Source: Scyliorhinus canicula
Lineage: Eukaryota
DNA: 64,000 nucleotides
Reading direction: 5' to 3'
NCBI RefSeq assembly: GCF_902713615.1
Contig: NC_052153.1
Location: forward strand, 190,254,826-190,318,825
The position numbers and the translations under genes were made by a program. Below the pieces are notes generated by a model. That model ran no database searches and had not been told where the DNA came from. It saw only the letters and a program-made list of their open reading frames with translations. The stretch's first letter is position 1, and the number at the start of each line of letters is the position of its first letter. Of the stretch, positions 50,285-64,000 are shown one piece after another.

Positions 50285-53200
50285 TTATTTATGGGATGTG
50301 GGTGTCCCCGGCTAGACCAGCACCTATTGCCCACCCCTAGTTGCCCTTGAGAAGGGTGTGGTGAGCTACCTTCTTTAACTTTTGCAGTCCATGAGGTTAA
50401 GGTATGCACACACTGCTATTCAGGAGGGAATTCCAGGATTGGATCCAATGGCCGTGAAGGAATGCCGATATATTGCCAAGTCAGGATAGTGAGTGGTTTG
50501 AAGGCGAACTTCCAGGTGGTAATGTTCCCAGGTATTTGCTGATCTTGCCTTTTCTAGATGGTAGTGGTCATGGGTTTGCTGCCTAACGAATCTTGCAGTG
50601 CATCTTGTAGATGGTACACATGACTGCCTCTGTTCGTCAGTGGTGGAGACAGTGAATGTTTCTGGAATGGTTAGCAATCAATCAGGCTGCATTGTCCTGG
50701 ATGATGTCGAGCTTCTGGAATGTTGTTGGAGCTGCACTCATCCAGACAAATGGAGAGTTTCACAACTTGTGCCTCATAGATGGTGGACAGGCTTTGGGGA
50801 GTCAGGAGGCGAGTTACTCGCTGCAGGATTCCATGCCTTTGACCTGCTCTGGTAGACACTATTCATATGGTTAGGTCAGTTCTGTTTCTGGTGAATGGCA
50901 ACCCACAGGACATTCATGGTGGGAGATTCAGTGATGATAATGCCATTTGAATGTCGAAGGGACGATGGTTTGATCTTCTCTTGATGGAGATGGTCATTGC
51001 CTGGCACTACTGTGGCATGCATGTTGCTTGCAACTTGTCAGCCCAAGCATGGATATTGCCTAGGTCTTGCTGCATTTGGTCATGGTCTGCTTCTTTATCT
51101 GAGGGGTCTCAAATGGTACTGAATATTGTGCAGTAATCAGTGAATATCCCCCCCTCCCCCCATTTATGCCCTTCTGATAAAAGGAAGGAAGGTAATTGAT
51201 GAAGCAGCTGAAGATGGTTGGGCCGAAGACACTCCCATAAGGAGCTCCTGCAGTGATATCCTGGAATTGAGATGATTAACCTTCAACCACCACAATCATT
51301 GTGCCAGGTATGACTCCAACCAGTGAAGGGTTTCATCCGATTCCATTGACTCCAGTTTTGCCAGGACTCCTTGATGCCATACCCAGTCAAATGTTGCCTT
51401 GATGTCAAGGGCAGGCATTCTCATCTCACTTCTGGCATTCAGCTCTTTTGGCCATGTTGGACAGTACACGTTAGAATTTAGAAGGATGAAAGGGATCTTA
51501 TAGAAACATAACATTATGAAGGGAATAGATAGGGTAGATGCGGGCAGGTTGTTTCCACTGGCGGGTGAAAGCAGAACTAGGGGGCATAGCCTCAAAATAA
51601 GGGGAAGTAGATTTAGGGCTGAGTTCAGGAGGAACTTCTTCACCTAAAGGGTTGTGAATCTATGGAATTCCTTGCCCAGTGAAGCAGTTGTGGCTCCTTT
51701 ATTAAATGTTTTTAAGATAAAGATAGTTTTTTGAAGAATAATAGGATTAAGGGTTATGGTGTTCAGGCTGGAAAGTGGAGCTGAGTCCACAAAAGATCAG
51801 CCATGATCTCATTGAATGGTGGAGTAGGCTCGAGGGGCCAGATGGCCTACTCCTGCTCTTAGTTCTTATGTTTGAATCAAGGCTGTAATGAAGTCAGGAG
51901 CTGAGTGACCATGGTGAGACCCAAATTAAGCATCAGTATGCAGGTTATTGCTGAGTAAGTGCTGCTTGATGGCACTTTGCTGATGATTGAGAGTAGACTG
52001 ATGGGGCAGTAATGGGCCGGATTGGATTTGCTGGTTCTTGTGTACAGGAAATCCCTGGGTAATTCAGCACATTGGTCGGACGTAGTTGTACTGGAATAGC
52101 TTGGCTAGGGGTGCAGCAAGTTCCAGAGCACCAGTCTTCAGAATTATTGCCAGAATATCGTCAGGGCCCGTAGCCATTACAGTACCCAGTACCTTCAGCT
52201 ATTTCTTGATAATATGTGGAGTGAATCAAATTGACTGAAGACTGACATCTGTGGTGCTGGGCACCTCTGGAGGAGATCAAGATGGATCATCCACTTGGCC
52301 CTTCTGGCTGAAGATTATTTTGAATGCTTCACCCTTGTCTTTTGCACTGATGTACTGGACTCCTCCTTCATTTGAGGATGGGCATATTTGTGGAGCTGCT
52401 CCTCCAGTGAGTTTAATAGTCCATCACCATTCACGACTACATGTGGCAGGACAGCAGAGCTTAGATCTGATACGTTGGTTGTGGATGGTTTAGCTCTGTG
52501 AATTGCTTGCTGCCTATGCTGTTTGCATGAAAGTAGTCCTGTTTTGCAGCTTCGCCTCATTTTTCGGTATGCCTGGTGTTGTTCCTGGCATGCCCTCCTT
52601 CATGGAATGGTGGTAATGGTAGAGTGGGGGATATGTCCGGCCATTAGGTTACAGATTGTGGTTGAGTACAATTCTGCTGCTGCTGATAGCCAATGGTACC
52701 TCATGGATGCCCAGTCTTGAGTTGCCAAATCTGTTCGAAGTCTACCTGTTTAGCATGGTGTTAGTACCACACAACATGATGGAGAGTATCCTCAATGTGA
52801 AGACAGGACTTTACTCCACAAGGACTGTGCGGTGGTCACTCTTACTGAGAGTGTCAGGGACAGATTCATCTGCAACAGGCAGATTGGTGAGGATGATGTC
52901 AATTATGTTTTCCGTCCCCACCTGCTGCAGTATCTGTCAAGCAGCAATGTCCTTTAGGACCCAGCCAGCTCAGTCTGTGATGCTACTACTGAACCCCACT
53001 TGGTGATTAGCATTGAAGTCCCCCACGCATAGTATTCTGCACCCTTGCCATCCTCAGTACTTCCCCAAATAGTGTTCAACATGGAAGAGTACTTTTTTAT
53101 CAGCTGAAAGAGGATGGTATGTGATAATCAGGTTTCTGTGGTGATATTCACCACTAAATACACAAGGGGTTAATGTGAATACACTAAGACAAAGTAAACA

Positions 53201-56200
53201 CTAGAGGGAGCTCCAGAGACATCATGACATGCAGACATACAGCTAATGAACACATAGAATAGGACACGACCAATGGGCAGTCAAGATACCCAGAGGTGAC
53301 ACTACCACAAGGGGGCAACCCATATAAAAGGACAGGGCACACATGCTCTTTCTCTTTCCACAGGCGACAGGACAGGGGCAGATCAGGAGCATCACACCCA
53401 CCACGTGGCTTGGAACAGACTGGTTAATTAGACTGAGTTACTATAGCAAGATTAGCAGGAGAGTTGAACTCAAGTAGGAGAATAGTTAACTGTTCAATAA
53501 TGTCCAAGTCTGAACCTACCTTTGTCAGAGCATACATCAAGGAAGTAGCTTATACTACATGAAGAAGCAAACACAACATGGTTCCAGGAGTGCCTGTTGA
53601 ATCTATATAGTTGAACTCAACATATCCGTGACAACCAGCAACAGCACCCAGGCAAGATGATCGAGATTCCGGTACAGCAGCTCAGGTACCATGGCAAACT
53701 CAGTGCAAACTGGCGTGCATTCAGGCAGAGATTTGAGATTTACCTGTTAGCATCTGACATAGATGGCGTGGCGGATGCAGAGAAAATAAAGCTTCTGCTC
53801 ACCATTGCGGGTGAAAGTGCAGCAGCAAGACTTCAAGTACTCCAAAGGGCAAGACGAAAGACTTCCAGACAATCCTGGACAAGTTTGAAAAATACTGTGA
53901 GGAAAACCCAAAAGAGATCGGTAAAAGAGGCGCCAATACTCGCCAGGCGGCGAATGTTGGCCTGCAACAGTAGCAAACAGCAATTTTGATTGGCAGCCAT
54001 CTTGAGAAAGGAGCCGCACATGCGCAGTTCCCCAGAAGACTTGAACCGGCAAAACAGTGTTCTGCACATGAAATGAAAATGAAATGAAAATCGCTTATTG
54101 TCACGAGTAGGCTTCAATGAAGTTACTGTGAAAAGCCCCTAGTCGCCACATTCCGGTGCCTGTCCGGGGAGGCTGGTACGGGAATCGAACCGTGCTGCTG
54201 GCCTGCTTGGTCTGCTTTAAAAGCCAGCGATTTAGCTGAGCGAGCTAAACCAGCCCCACATGCACGTGAAGCCGCGCAGTTGCACAAAGAGCGCACAGAA
54301 AAGGGAAGTCTGTTTGCGCATGCACGAGAAGCCATGCATGCGCAGTTGCGCAAAGAGCGCACAGTAGAGTAAAAACGATCTGCGCATGTGCAATTAATTC
54401 CTACGCTCTACGTCATGACGCCAGAGGCCCCGGACCCAACCCATTGTAAGGGGAAATGTCCCAAAATAGTGAAAAAAACTTTAAGCCAGAAAACGCAATT
54501 CGTTCACCTGGAATGACAGCACAATGCCTGAACTTCAACCAGTAGCTGAAAGTAACCTCCGCAGAACCTTGCAACAAGCAGTTAGCACCACCCTAAGAGA
54601 TGATTTAGTCCTTGAAGACTGAGACTCAGACGTTGATTTCTTCTTTGGACATTACGAGCACAATGACAGCTCCGACATAGAAAGTAGTGATATGGTCCTT
54701 GAAAACTACGACTTGGAAGATGATTTCATCATCGGACGTGGCGACCTCAGTACCAAATCCGAACCGCAACGTGATGTGTTGTACAGTGAAGAATCCGACA
54801 CAGACATGGATGAGTTCTTCGGATTTGAGGATCCTCAGCCCAGCATAGACGACATCCCGACCCGTGAGTACAGTATTTTTCTGCGGCCTGAAGCTAAGAG
54901 ACCGAGAGCGGTACAAGCCCACAGAGCGGCCTGACGCCACACCAGTGGTCCACGTGCCACCAACAGTGGTCCAGGCACCACGAAGAGTCTCCGACTCCGC
55001 GCAGAAAGCGATGACAGACTCCACAGCGAGACCACTGCAAAACTCCGTTGAGAGCGCACAGATCGACTCCACAGCGAGAACGCTGCATGACTCCACACAG
55101 GGAACGATGCCAGACTCCACAGAGAGAATGGTGCAAGCCTCCACAGCGAGCTCGTTGACAGACTCCACAATGGAAGCAACGCAAGACTTCAGAGTGCAGT
55201 CCTTGCATGAACAAGACCATGAAGGTCTAGCAACCTTATCTGAGCAACCAGCAGCAGATGATGCAAGTCTGCCACGCTCAAGTGCACATCAAGACGACTA
55301 TGACAGTCTACCACGCTCACGTGAACAACAAAAAGACTATGACAGTCTACCCAGAGTATTTGAGCCCACAGAAGAAGACTCTGACAGTCTACCCAGCTCA
55401 TCTAACCGACAAGAAGACACTGAAGGTCTACCCACCGAATGTGTGACAAGTGACAAAAGGCTTCACAATTCCCATACAAGATGTGCGACATCTCAGCGAG
55501 GCTGACAGAGCTCAGCTAGTATGTACAGAGGCACTCAACGATCAAAGTGAGGCTACTAGTGACTCCAGTGACACCATGTTAATTCAAACCTCATCCATTC
55601 GAGCCTCTCCACGTCAAAATGCATTCCTGAACGTTTTGACTCCGGACGGGGAGCACAAAGACAACTCAGATGATTCAAGTGAACCTGAAATGACTCCGGA
55701 TGGGGAGTGTCAAGAAACCAAAGCTGATTCAGGTGAACCAGATAGATCTCCAGACGGGAAGCATCGACAAGCCAAAGATGATTCTAGTGAACCGGACATG
55801 ACTCCAGACGGGGAGCGCCGAGGAATCGGAGACGGCATGCTCAATGAAACAGCAGATGCCATAAAGGACACTGATACAAGTAACTTTGTGAAGGGCTTGA
55901 ATTCTTCACTCGATGTGGTGTTGAGCGCAACAAACCGAACAACATAACCTACAAAAAAAACAACAAAGACAACAACAAGAAGCATACCAAAGGCATCAAC
56001 GTCAACAACAAGTACGACAAAACCAACAACAATGGAACAATGACTGGTACAACATGGTACAACTCTGCAATTGCAGGACAATGTAACAGCACAGCTCCTA
56101 ACACTGGCAAGAGTACAGCTTTACCATGGCATGACAGCAAATCTCACCGATTCAAGTTTGTTCCACTACGAACAAGCAAACCAGCTTTCAAGGCAGATGA

Positions 56201-58000
56201 CGTACTGCATCAATATCGCAATCACAAGAGTGAGTCCAGGTCGGACAACACAGGTGACATACTGCATCGCTACCACAAGCATCGAAAAAAGAGTCCAAGT
56301 CAAACAACGCAGGGATTTGACCATTTGAACACCTCCTGATGAGTTCTTGGTTCCTTGAGCACGGGAACACTGACAGCGTTCACAAGGAAATGACAACATC
56401 AACATCGACATTTCAATAACAAAACAAGAAAGCCACTCGACCATATAAATTCATGAACTTTGGGCTCGTACATATTATTTGGTGTTGTATAATCATCACT
56501 GTCATCATGATTTGTACATGTCATCACTTATCTACCTATATTGTTCAATTTTCTTTACCATTGTGCAGAAAATATGTAACATGAAAAAAGGGGGATGTGG
56601 TGATATGCATCACTGTAAATACACAAGGGGTTAATGTAAATACACTCCGACTAAGTAACCACTAGAGGGAGCACCAGAGACATCATGACATGCAGTCATA
56701 CAGCTAATGAACACATAGAATAGGACACAACCAATGGGCAGTCAAGATACCCAGAGGTGACACTACCACAAGGGGGCAACTTTTCTCTTTCCACAGGCGA
56801 CACTTGGAGAGAAGAACAGGGGCAGATCAGAAGTATCACACCCACCATGTGGATTAGAGCAAACTGGTTACTTAGACTGAGTTACTATAGCAAGATTAGC
56901 AGGAGAGTTGAACTCAAGTAGGAGAATTGTTAACTTCAATAAATTTATCTCAAAGTCTGAACCTTCCTTTGTCAGAGCATACATCAAGGAAGCAGCTTAT
57001 GCAACATGAAGATGCATAACACAACACTTTCCATGTTTGACCTGGTGCCATGAGACTTCAGGAGTCCAGAGTCTATGTTGAGGACTCTCAGGGCAACTCC
57101 CCAACTGTATACCACTGTGCTGCCACCTCTGCTGGGTCTTTCCTGCCGGGGGGTCAGGACATAGCCACGGATGGTGATAATGGTGTCTGGGATGTTATCT
57201 GTTCAGGTATGATTCCATGAGTATGACTACATCAGGCTGCTACTTGAGAAGTCTGAGACAGTTCTCCACAAGCCCCCAGATGTTAGTAAGGAGGACTTTG
57301 CTGGGTTGATGGGGCTGGGTATGCCACTCCAGTGTCTAGGTCAATGTTGGGTGGTCCATCTAGTTTTGTTTATTTAGCGGTTGAATACAACTGAGTGGCA
57401 CAGTTGCACAGTGGGTATCACTGTTGCTTCACAGCGCCAGGGACTAGGCTCGATTCCCGGCTAGGGTCACTGTCTGTGCGGAGTCTGCACGTTTTCCCCG
57501 TGTCTGCATGGGTTTCCTCCGGGCGCTCCGGTTTCCTCCCACAATCCAAAGACGTGCAGGTTAGGTGGATTGGTCATGTTAAATTGCCTCATAGTGTCCA
57601 AAAGTTAGGTGGGGTTGCTGAGTTACAGGGATAAGGTGGAGGTGTGGGCTTAGGTAGGATGCTCTTTCAGGGGCTGGTGTAGACTCAGTGGGCCGAGTGG
57701 CCTCCTGTATTGTAAATTCTGAGTGGCTTGCTAGGCTGTTTCAGAGGGCATTTTTGGGTCAACTACATTGTTGTGGATCTTGAGTCACATGTAGGCCAGA
57801 CCAGGTAAGGACATTAGTGAACTGGTTGGGTTTTTTACAACAATGGTCACATGGTCGTCATTAGACTTTTAATTCCAGATATTTTGTTGAGGTTTTAAGT
57901 CCTAAATAAGTTCCAACATGGGGGATTTGAATCCGTGTCCCCAGAGCAGTACGGTGATTGAATTATTACTCAAATGACAATACCACTATGCTACCACATC
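50285..58000 (-). mobile_element. Old LINE (CR1/L2 group) interrupted by CR1 (about 51461-51870), an LTR element and a SINE
   Basis: Degenerate RT motifs (ALDIKATFDWVWHQG, HWLESYL). Family 3' end at 50285-50400. Collinear sequence resumes after 57027. Confidence 0.65.
53137..57026 (+). mobile_element. Non-autonomous Ty3/Gypsy (Mag-like) LTR retrotransposon lacking pol
   Basis: LTRs 53137-53578 and 56596-57026 (TGT...ACA). PBS TGGTTCCAGGAGTG at 53579-53592. PPT GAAAAAAGGGGGA at 56583-56595. Flanks GTTTC/CTTTC. Gag-like N-terminus (ANWRAFRQRFEIYLLA..KIKLLLTIAG). Confidence 0.9.
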
Positions 58001-58689
58001 TTTCAACTGGATTAAGCTTGTACTTAAAATGAGTGTGCATTGGATATTTGCTGCTGTTTTTGGCAAGATAATTAATAAAATACATATTCCAATTCCTCAA
58101 ACTTTTTCTGTATATCTTATGGTGAAATTTTTCTATGAAACATCTAAAATTCTAGAAATTCAATCCTACAATAATAAAATATTGTGACTGATGCAATTGA
58201 GAATTTGATGCTTATGTTAATGTTGAGATTTTACAGCATGGACTTCCATATAACTGTGCAAACCAAATGCCAGAGGGAAACTCGGTTTACGGGCCACACG
58301 TTTTTCTGTATTCTGAAAATAAAAATAAAACATACCTCAGCAGCAAGACGTCCAGTAACACAAGATTTTAAAAAGTAAAAGATCTATTAATAAGAGAAGT
58401 ACACTAGATTACAGTTAGTTTAAAAATAATCTTATGAAACATACCCCCCAAAAGACTCCCTACTTGTCAGACCCACAAGTAAATATCTTCCCCACACATA
58501 TTCAATTATGAAAATCCATTAATATTGCTAGAGGCAAAACTGCTGTTGCTATAATAAAAGGCATACCAGACAACCTGCTTCCACTCTGCTGTGGGACTCC
58601 AAGAAACTTCGGACCAAGATTGCTTTTTGCACTCCCAAGAGTTCCTGGCATAACTGGATGGCTAACCATCACCTTTTCAAACAGTGTTA

Positions 58690-61555
58690 TAAGAACGTAA
58701 GAACGAGGAGCAGGAGTAGGCAATCTGGCCCCTCGAGCCTGCTCCACCATTTAATGAGATCATGGCTGATCTTTTGTGGACTCAGCTCCACTTTCCGGCC
58801 TGAACACCATAACCCTTAGTCCCTTTATTCTTCAAAAAACTATCTATCTTTATCTTTAAAAACATTTAATGAAGGAGCCTCTACTGCTTCACTGGGCAAG
58901 GAATTCCATAGATTCACAACCCTTTGGGTGAAGAAGTTCCTCCTAAACTCAGTCCTAAATCTACTTCCCCTTATTTTGAGGCTATGCCCCCTAGTTCTGC
59001 TTTCACCCGCCAGTGGAAACAACCTGCCCGCATCTATCCTATCTATTCCCTTCATAATTTTATATGTTTCTATGAGATCCCCCCTCATCCTTCTAAATTC
59101 CAACGAGTACAGTCCCAGTCTACACAACCTCTCATCGTAATCCAACCCCTTCAGCTCTGGGATTAACCTAGTGAATCTCCTCTGCGCACCCTCCAGTGCA
59201 AGTACGTCCTTTCTCAAGTAAGGAGACCAAAACTGAACACAACACTCCAGGTGTGGCCTCACTAACACCTTATACAATTGCAACATAACCTCCCTAGTCT
59301 TAAACTCCATCCCTCTAGCAATGAAGGACAAAATTCCATTTGCCTTCTTAATCACCTGTTGCACCTGTAAACCAAGTTTTTGAGACTCATGCACTAGCAC
59401 ACCCAGGTCCCTCTGCACAGCAGCATGTTTTAATATTTTATCATTTAAATAATAATCCCGTTTGCTGTTATTCCGACCAAAATGGATAACCTCACATTTG
59501 TCAACATTGTATTCCATATGCCAGACCCTAGCCCATTCACTTAACCTATCCAAATCCCTCTGCAGACTTCCAGTATCCCCTTTGCACTTTTCGCTTTACC
59601 ACTCATCTAAGTGTCATCTGCAAACTTGGACACATTGCCCTTGGTCCCCAACTCCAAATCATCTATGTAAATTGTGAACAATTGTGGGCCCAACACTGAT
59701 CCCTGAGGGACACCACTAGCTACTGATTGCCAACCAGAGAAACACCCATTAATCCCCACTCTTTGCTTTCTATGAATTAACCAATCCTCTATCCATGCTA
59801 CTACTTTACCCTTAATGCCATGCATCTTTATCTTATGCAGCAACCATTTGTGTGGCACCTTGTCAAAGGCTTTCTGGAAATCCAGATTTACCACATCCAT
59901 TGGCTCCCCGTTATCTACCGCACTGGTAATGTCCTCAAAAATTCCACTAAATTAGTTAGGCACGACCTGCCCTTTATGAACCTTGCTGCTTCTGCCAATG
60001 GGACAATTTCTATCCAGATGCCTCGCTATTTCTTCCTTGACGATAGATTCCAGCATTTTCCCTACTACCGAAGTTAAGCTCACTGGCCTATAATTACCCG
60101 CGCTCTGCCTACCTCCTTTGTTAAACAGTGGAGTCACGTTTGCTAATTTCCAATCCGCCGGGTCCACCCCAGAGTCTAGTGAATTTTGGTAAATTATCAC
60201 TAGTGCATTTGCAATTTCCGTAGCTATCTCTTTTAGCACTCTGGGATGCATTCCATCAGGGCCAGGAGACTTGTCTACCTTTAGCCCCATTAGCTTGCCC
60301 ATCACTACCTCCTTAGTGATAACAATCCTCTCAAGGTCATCACAATAAGCGATTTTCATTTTCACCTGTCATAGCCTAATTTCTATCAGTCACTGGCATG
60401 TTATTTGTGTCTTCCACTGTGAAGACCGACCCAAAAAACCTGTTCAGTTTCTCAGCCATTTCTTCATCTCCCATTGTTAAAACTCCCTTCTCATCCTATA
60501 AAGGACCAATATTTACCTTAGCCACTCTTTTTTTGTTTTATATATTTGTAGAAACGTTTACTATCTGTTTTTATATTCTGCGCAAGTTTACTATCATAAT
60601 CTATCTTACTCTTCTTTATAGCTTTTTTTAGTAGCTTTCTGTTGCCCCTTAAAGATTTCCCAGTCCTCTAGTCTTCCACTAATCTTTGCCACTTTGTATG
60701 CTTTCTCCTTCAATTTGATACTCTCCCTTATATCCTTAGATATCCACGGTCGATTTTCCCTCTTTCTACCGTCCTTCCTTTTTGTTGGTATAAACCTTTG
60801 CTGAGCACTGTGAAAAATCGCTTGGAAGGTTCTCCACTGTTCCTCAACTGTTCCACCATAAAGTCTTTGCTCCCAGTCTACCTTAGCTAGTTCTTCTCTC
60901 ATCCCTTTGTAATCGCCTTTGTTTAAGCACAAAACACGAGTATTTGATTTTACCTTCTCACCCTCCATCTGTATTTTAAATTCCACCATATTGTGATCGC
61001 TCCTTCCGAGAGGGTCCCTAACTATGAGATCATGAATCAATCCTGTCTCATTACACAGGACAAGATCTAGGACCGCTTGTTCCCTCATAGGTTCGATTAC
61101 ATACTGTTCAAGGAAACTACCGCGGATATATTCTATAAACTCCTCAAGGCTGCCTTGACCGACCTGGTTAAACCAATCTACATGTAGATTAAAATCCCCC
61201 ATGATAACTGCTGTGTCATTTCTACATGCATCCGTTATTTCTTTGTTTATTGCCTGCTCCACCATACATAATGTTACTATTTGGTGGCCTATAGACTACT
61301 CCTATCGGTGACTTTTTCGCTTTACTATTCCTGATTTCCACCCAAATGGATTCAACCTTATCCTCCATAGCACCGATGTCATCCTTACTGTTGCCCGGAT
61401 GTCATCCTTAAATAACAGAGCTACACCACCTCCCTTACCATCCACTCTGTCCTTCCAAATAATTTGATACCCTCGGATATTTAACTCCCAGTCGTGACCA
61501 TCCTTTAACCATGTTTCAGTAATGGCCACTAAATCATAGTCATTCACGATGACTA
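58690..61555 (-). mobile_element. CR1 LINE, nearly complete ORF2 (APE and RT), frameshifted, young
   Basis: [60 protein letters not shown] and CR1 3'UTR. Confidence 0.95.
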
Positions 61556-61899
61556 TCATAGATACAAAGGAGAAAGAAAATTACAGCACAGGAACAGGCC
61601 CTTCGGCCCTCCCAGCCGATCCAGATCCTTTATCTAAACCTGTCGCTTATTTTCCAAGGATCTACTTCCCTCTGTTCCCCGCCTGTTCATATAACTGTCT
61701 AGATGCATCTTAAATTATGCTATCGTGCCTGCCTCTACCACCTCCGCTGGCAAAGCATTCCAGGCACCCACCACTCTCTGCGTAAAAAAATTTTCCACGC
61801 ACATCTCCCTTAAACGTCCCCCCCTCACCTTGAAATTGTGACCCCTTGACTAGAATCATAAAATTTGAAGTGCAGAAGTATGCACATCCAGAGTGGGAA

Positions 61900-63625
61900 T
61901 TGAAACTTGGTAATTTGGTGCAGAGTGGGAGAAGATGCTTTTTCCCTGCTGTTTTGTTCTGTTTCTTCTGTCCTGTAACTATTAATCTACAGGGAGGGAA
62001 CCAAAGAGCATCCTGGGAAGGTAACTGATTTTTAAAAAAATTTTTTCCCTTTTCGAATTGTGTTGGGGGGGGGATCTGTAAGTGACATCACATTAAAGCT
62101 GTGACCTGATTGGCTGGTTGGGAATCTGTTAAATTTGAAAAAAAAATAATACTGCAAAAAAATCTAATTGATTAACTAGATAGTGGAGTAACTAAACCTG
62201 AGGGCAGGGATCGGTATTTAGCATTTAATTTTACAGTAAAAATCATCTAGCGTCAGGGCCATATAGTTAATTGTAACTCAATCTAACAATAATTCAAGTG
62301 TTATTTTAAATTAATTAATTAGTGCTTTAATGTGACTCAGCGGGTGCAGTGCAGTGCAGTGCTCTGACTGTGAGATGTGGCAGATCTGTGATGCTTCCAG
62401 CGTTCCGGTCGACTACATCTGCAGCAAGTGTAACAAATGGCAGCTCCTCACAGACTGCGTGGTTCGGTTGGAGCAGCAATTGGATGCACTGAGGAGCATG
62501 CAGGTGGCGGAAAACGTCATTGATAGGAGTTATAGAGATGTGGTCACACCAAGGTGCAGGCAGAGAGATGGATGACCACCAGAAGGGGCAGGCAGTCTGT
62601 ATACCGCTTTGGATACTGTTGGGGGGGAATAGCCTATCAGGGGAAAACAGCAGCAGCCAGAGCCGTGGCACCACGGCTGGCTCTGTTGTTCAGCAGGGAG
62701 GGTCAAAGCGCAGAAGAGCAATAATCATAGGGGATTCTATAGTCAGGGGCACAGAGGCGCTTCTGTGGACGTGAAAGAGACACCAGGATGGTATATTGCC
62801 TTCCTGGTGCCAGGTCCAGGATGTCTTTGAATGGGTAGCGGACAGTCTGGAGGGCAAACAGGCAGAGGTCGTTGTACATATTGGTACTAACAACATAGGC
62901 AGAAAGGGGCATGAGGTCCTGCAGCAGGAGTTCAGGGAGCTAGGCAGAAAGTTAAAAGACAGGACGTCTAGGGTTGTAATCTTGTGATTACTCCCTGTGC
63001 CACATGCCAGTGAGGCTAGAAATAGTAAGATAGAGCAGCTAAACATGTGGCTAAACAGCTGGTGTAGGAGGGAGGGTTTCCACTATCTGGACCACTGGGA
63101 GTTCTTCTGGGATAGGTGTGACCTGTATAAGAAGGACGGGTTGCATCTAAATTGGAGAGACATTAATATCCTTGCTGCGAGGTTTGCTAGTTTCACAGGG
63201 GAAGTTTAAACTAGTATGTCAGGGGGGTGGGTACCGGAGCAATAGGTCAGAAGGTGAAAAAATTGAGGGAGAACTAGGAAATAGGGCCAATATGACTCTG
63301 AGGAAGAGCAGGCAGGGAGATGATGCTGAAAACAGCGGGACAGGTGGCCTGAAGTGCATATGTTTTAATGCAAGAAGTATTACGGGTAACGCAGATCAAC
63401 TTAGAGCTTGGATTAGTACTTGGAACTATGATGTTGCCATTACAGAGACTGGTTGAGGGAAGGACAGGATTGGCAGCTAAACGTTCCAGGATTTAGATGT
63501 TTCAGGTGGGATAGAGGGGATGTAAAAGGGGTGGCGGAGTTGCGCTACTGGTTAGGGAGAATATCACGGCTGTACTGTGGGAGTTCACCTCAGGGCAGCG
63601 AGGTTATATCGGTAGAGATCAGGAA
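61900..63625 (+). mobile_element. CR1 5' portion: 5'UTR, ORF1 (Zn finger, coiled coil, SGNH esterase) and start of ORF2
   Basis: CSDCEMW..YICSKC, IIGDSIVRG, VVVHIGTNN, DGLHLN, then LKCICFNARSI..AITET. Confidence 0.9.
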
Positions 63626-64000
63626 TGTTGGGGGTTGTTGCACGTTTTGCTATGGGTGTAAAACGCGTTTATTGGAGTGTATTAACTTGCCTCTGTTAAA
63701 GGCCGTGTGCTTAACACTACTAGGCTCTGTATATGTATTTTTCAGCTGAGGAGTCGCCAGATGCCGTATAGACACCTCACAAATATTCCAAGGTCAGGTT
63801 CAAAGTAATAAAACGATACACCGATTAGTAAGTTCCAAACGATCAATATTTATTATACAATTATAATAAATACGCATGCACACACTAAGGGACTAAGCTA
63901 TGACTAAACTAAGCAATCAGAATACTTAACTACACAGGAACAGGCAAGGTCAGGGAGCGAGGCCTTCGTCCCGGTCTTGGTCTGCAACCTTCAGAAAGCG
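63626..64000. mobile_element. Probable LTR inserted in CR1, truncated by window end
   Basis: CR1 similarity stops abruptly at a TGTTG start. Layout resembles the solo LTR at 25645. Other end and TSD not visible. Confidence 0.4.

Noticed and set aside
54626-56081. Antisense ORFs (180 aa, 123 aa) in the LTR element as real genes
   Set aside because: They mirror the in-frame + strand repeats. No independent evidence.
49209-64000. Further POLN exons
   Set aside because: The region is almost entirely TE-derived and I found no phase-1 exon with POLN similarity. A poorly conserved exon could have been missed.

Overview
Eukaryotic, TE-dense vertebrate DNA, most likely a cartilaginous fish (inferred from HE1/V-SINE-like, Deu-SINE-like, CR1 and Penelope content). 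A CpG island at about 18.9-20.1 kb sits upstream of a complete + strand HAUS3 gene: four coding exons (903+440+226+234 nt, 600 aa) with consistent GT-AG phases. About 3 kb after the HAUS3 stop is a short exon, too small for the ORF track, that matches the N-terminus of DNA polymerase nu (POLN). This fits the known vertebrate arrangement of HAUS3 nested in POLN intron 1 behind a shared non-coding first exon. Splice signals on the - strand suggest an unidentified divergent transcript from the same island. The rest is mostly retroelements: two L1 copies, many CR1 and other LINE fragments, SINEs, Penelope elements with minimal hammerhead ribozymes (including a TSD-flanked 217-bp two-ribozyme palindrome), a solo LTR, and a pol-less LTR element whose gag N-terminus runs into an acidic tandem-repeat ORF. 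Gene and family identities rest on recalled sequence similarity, not database searches. Most short ORFs in the track are TE-derived or spurious.
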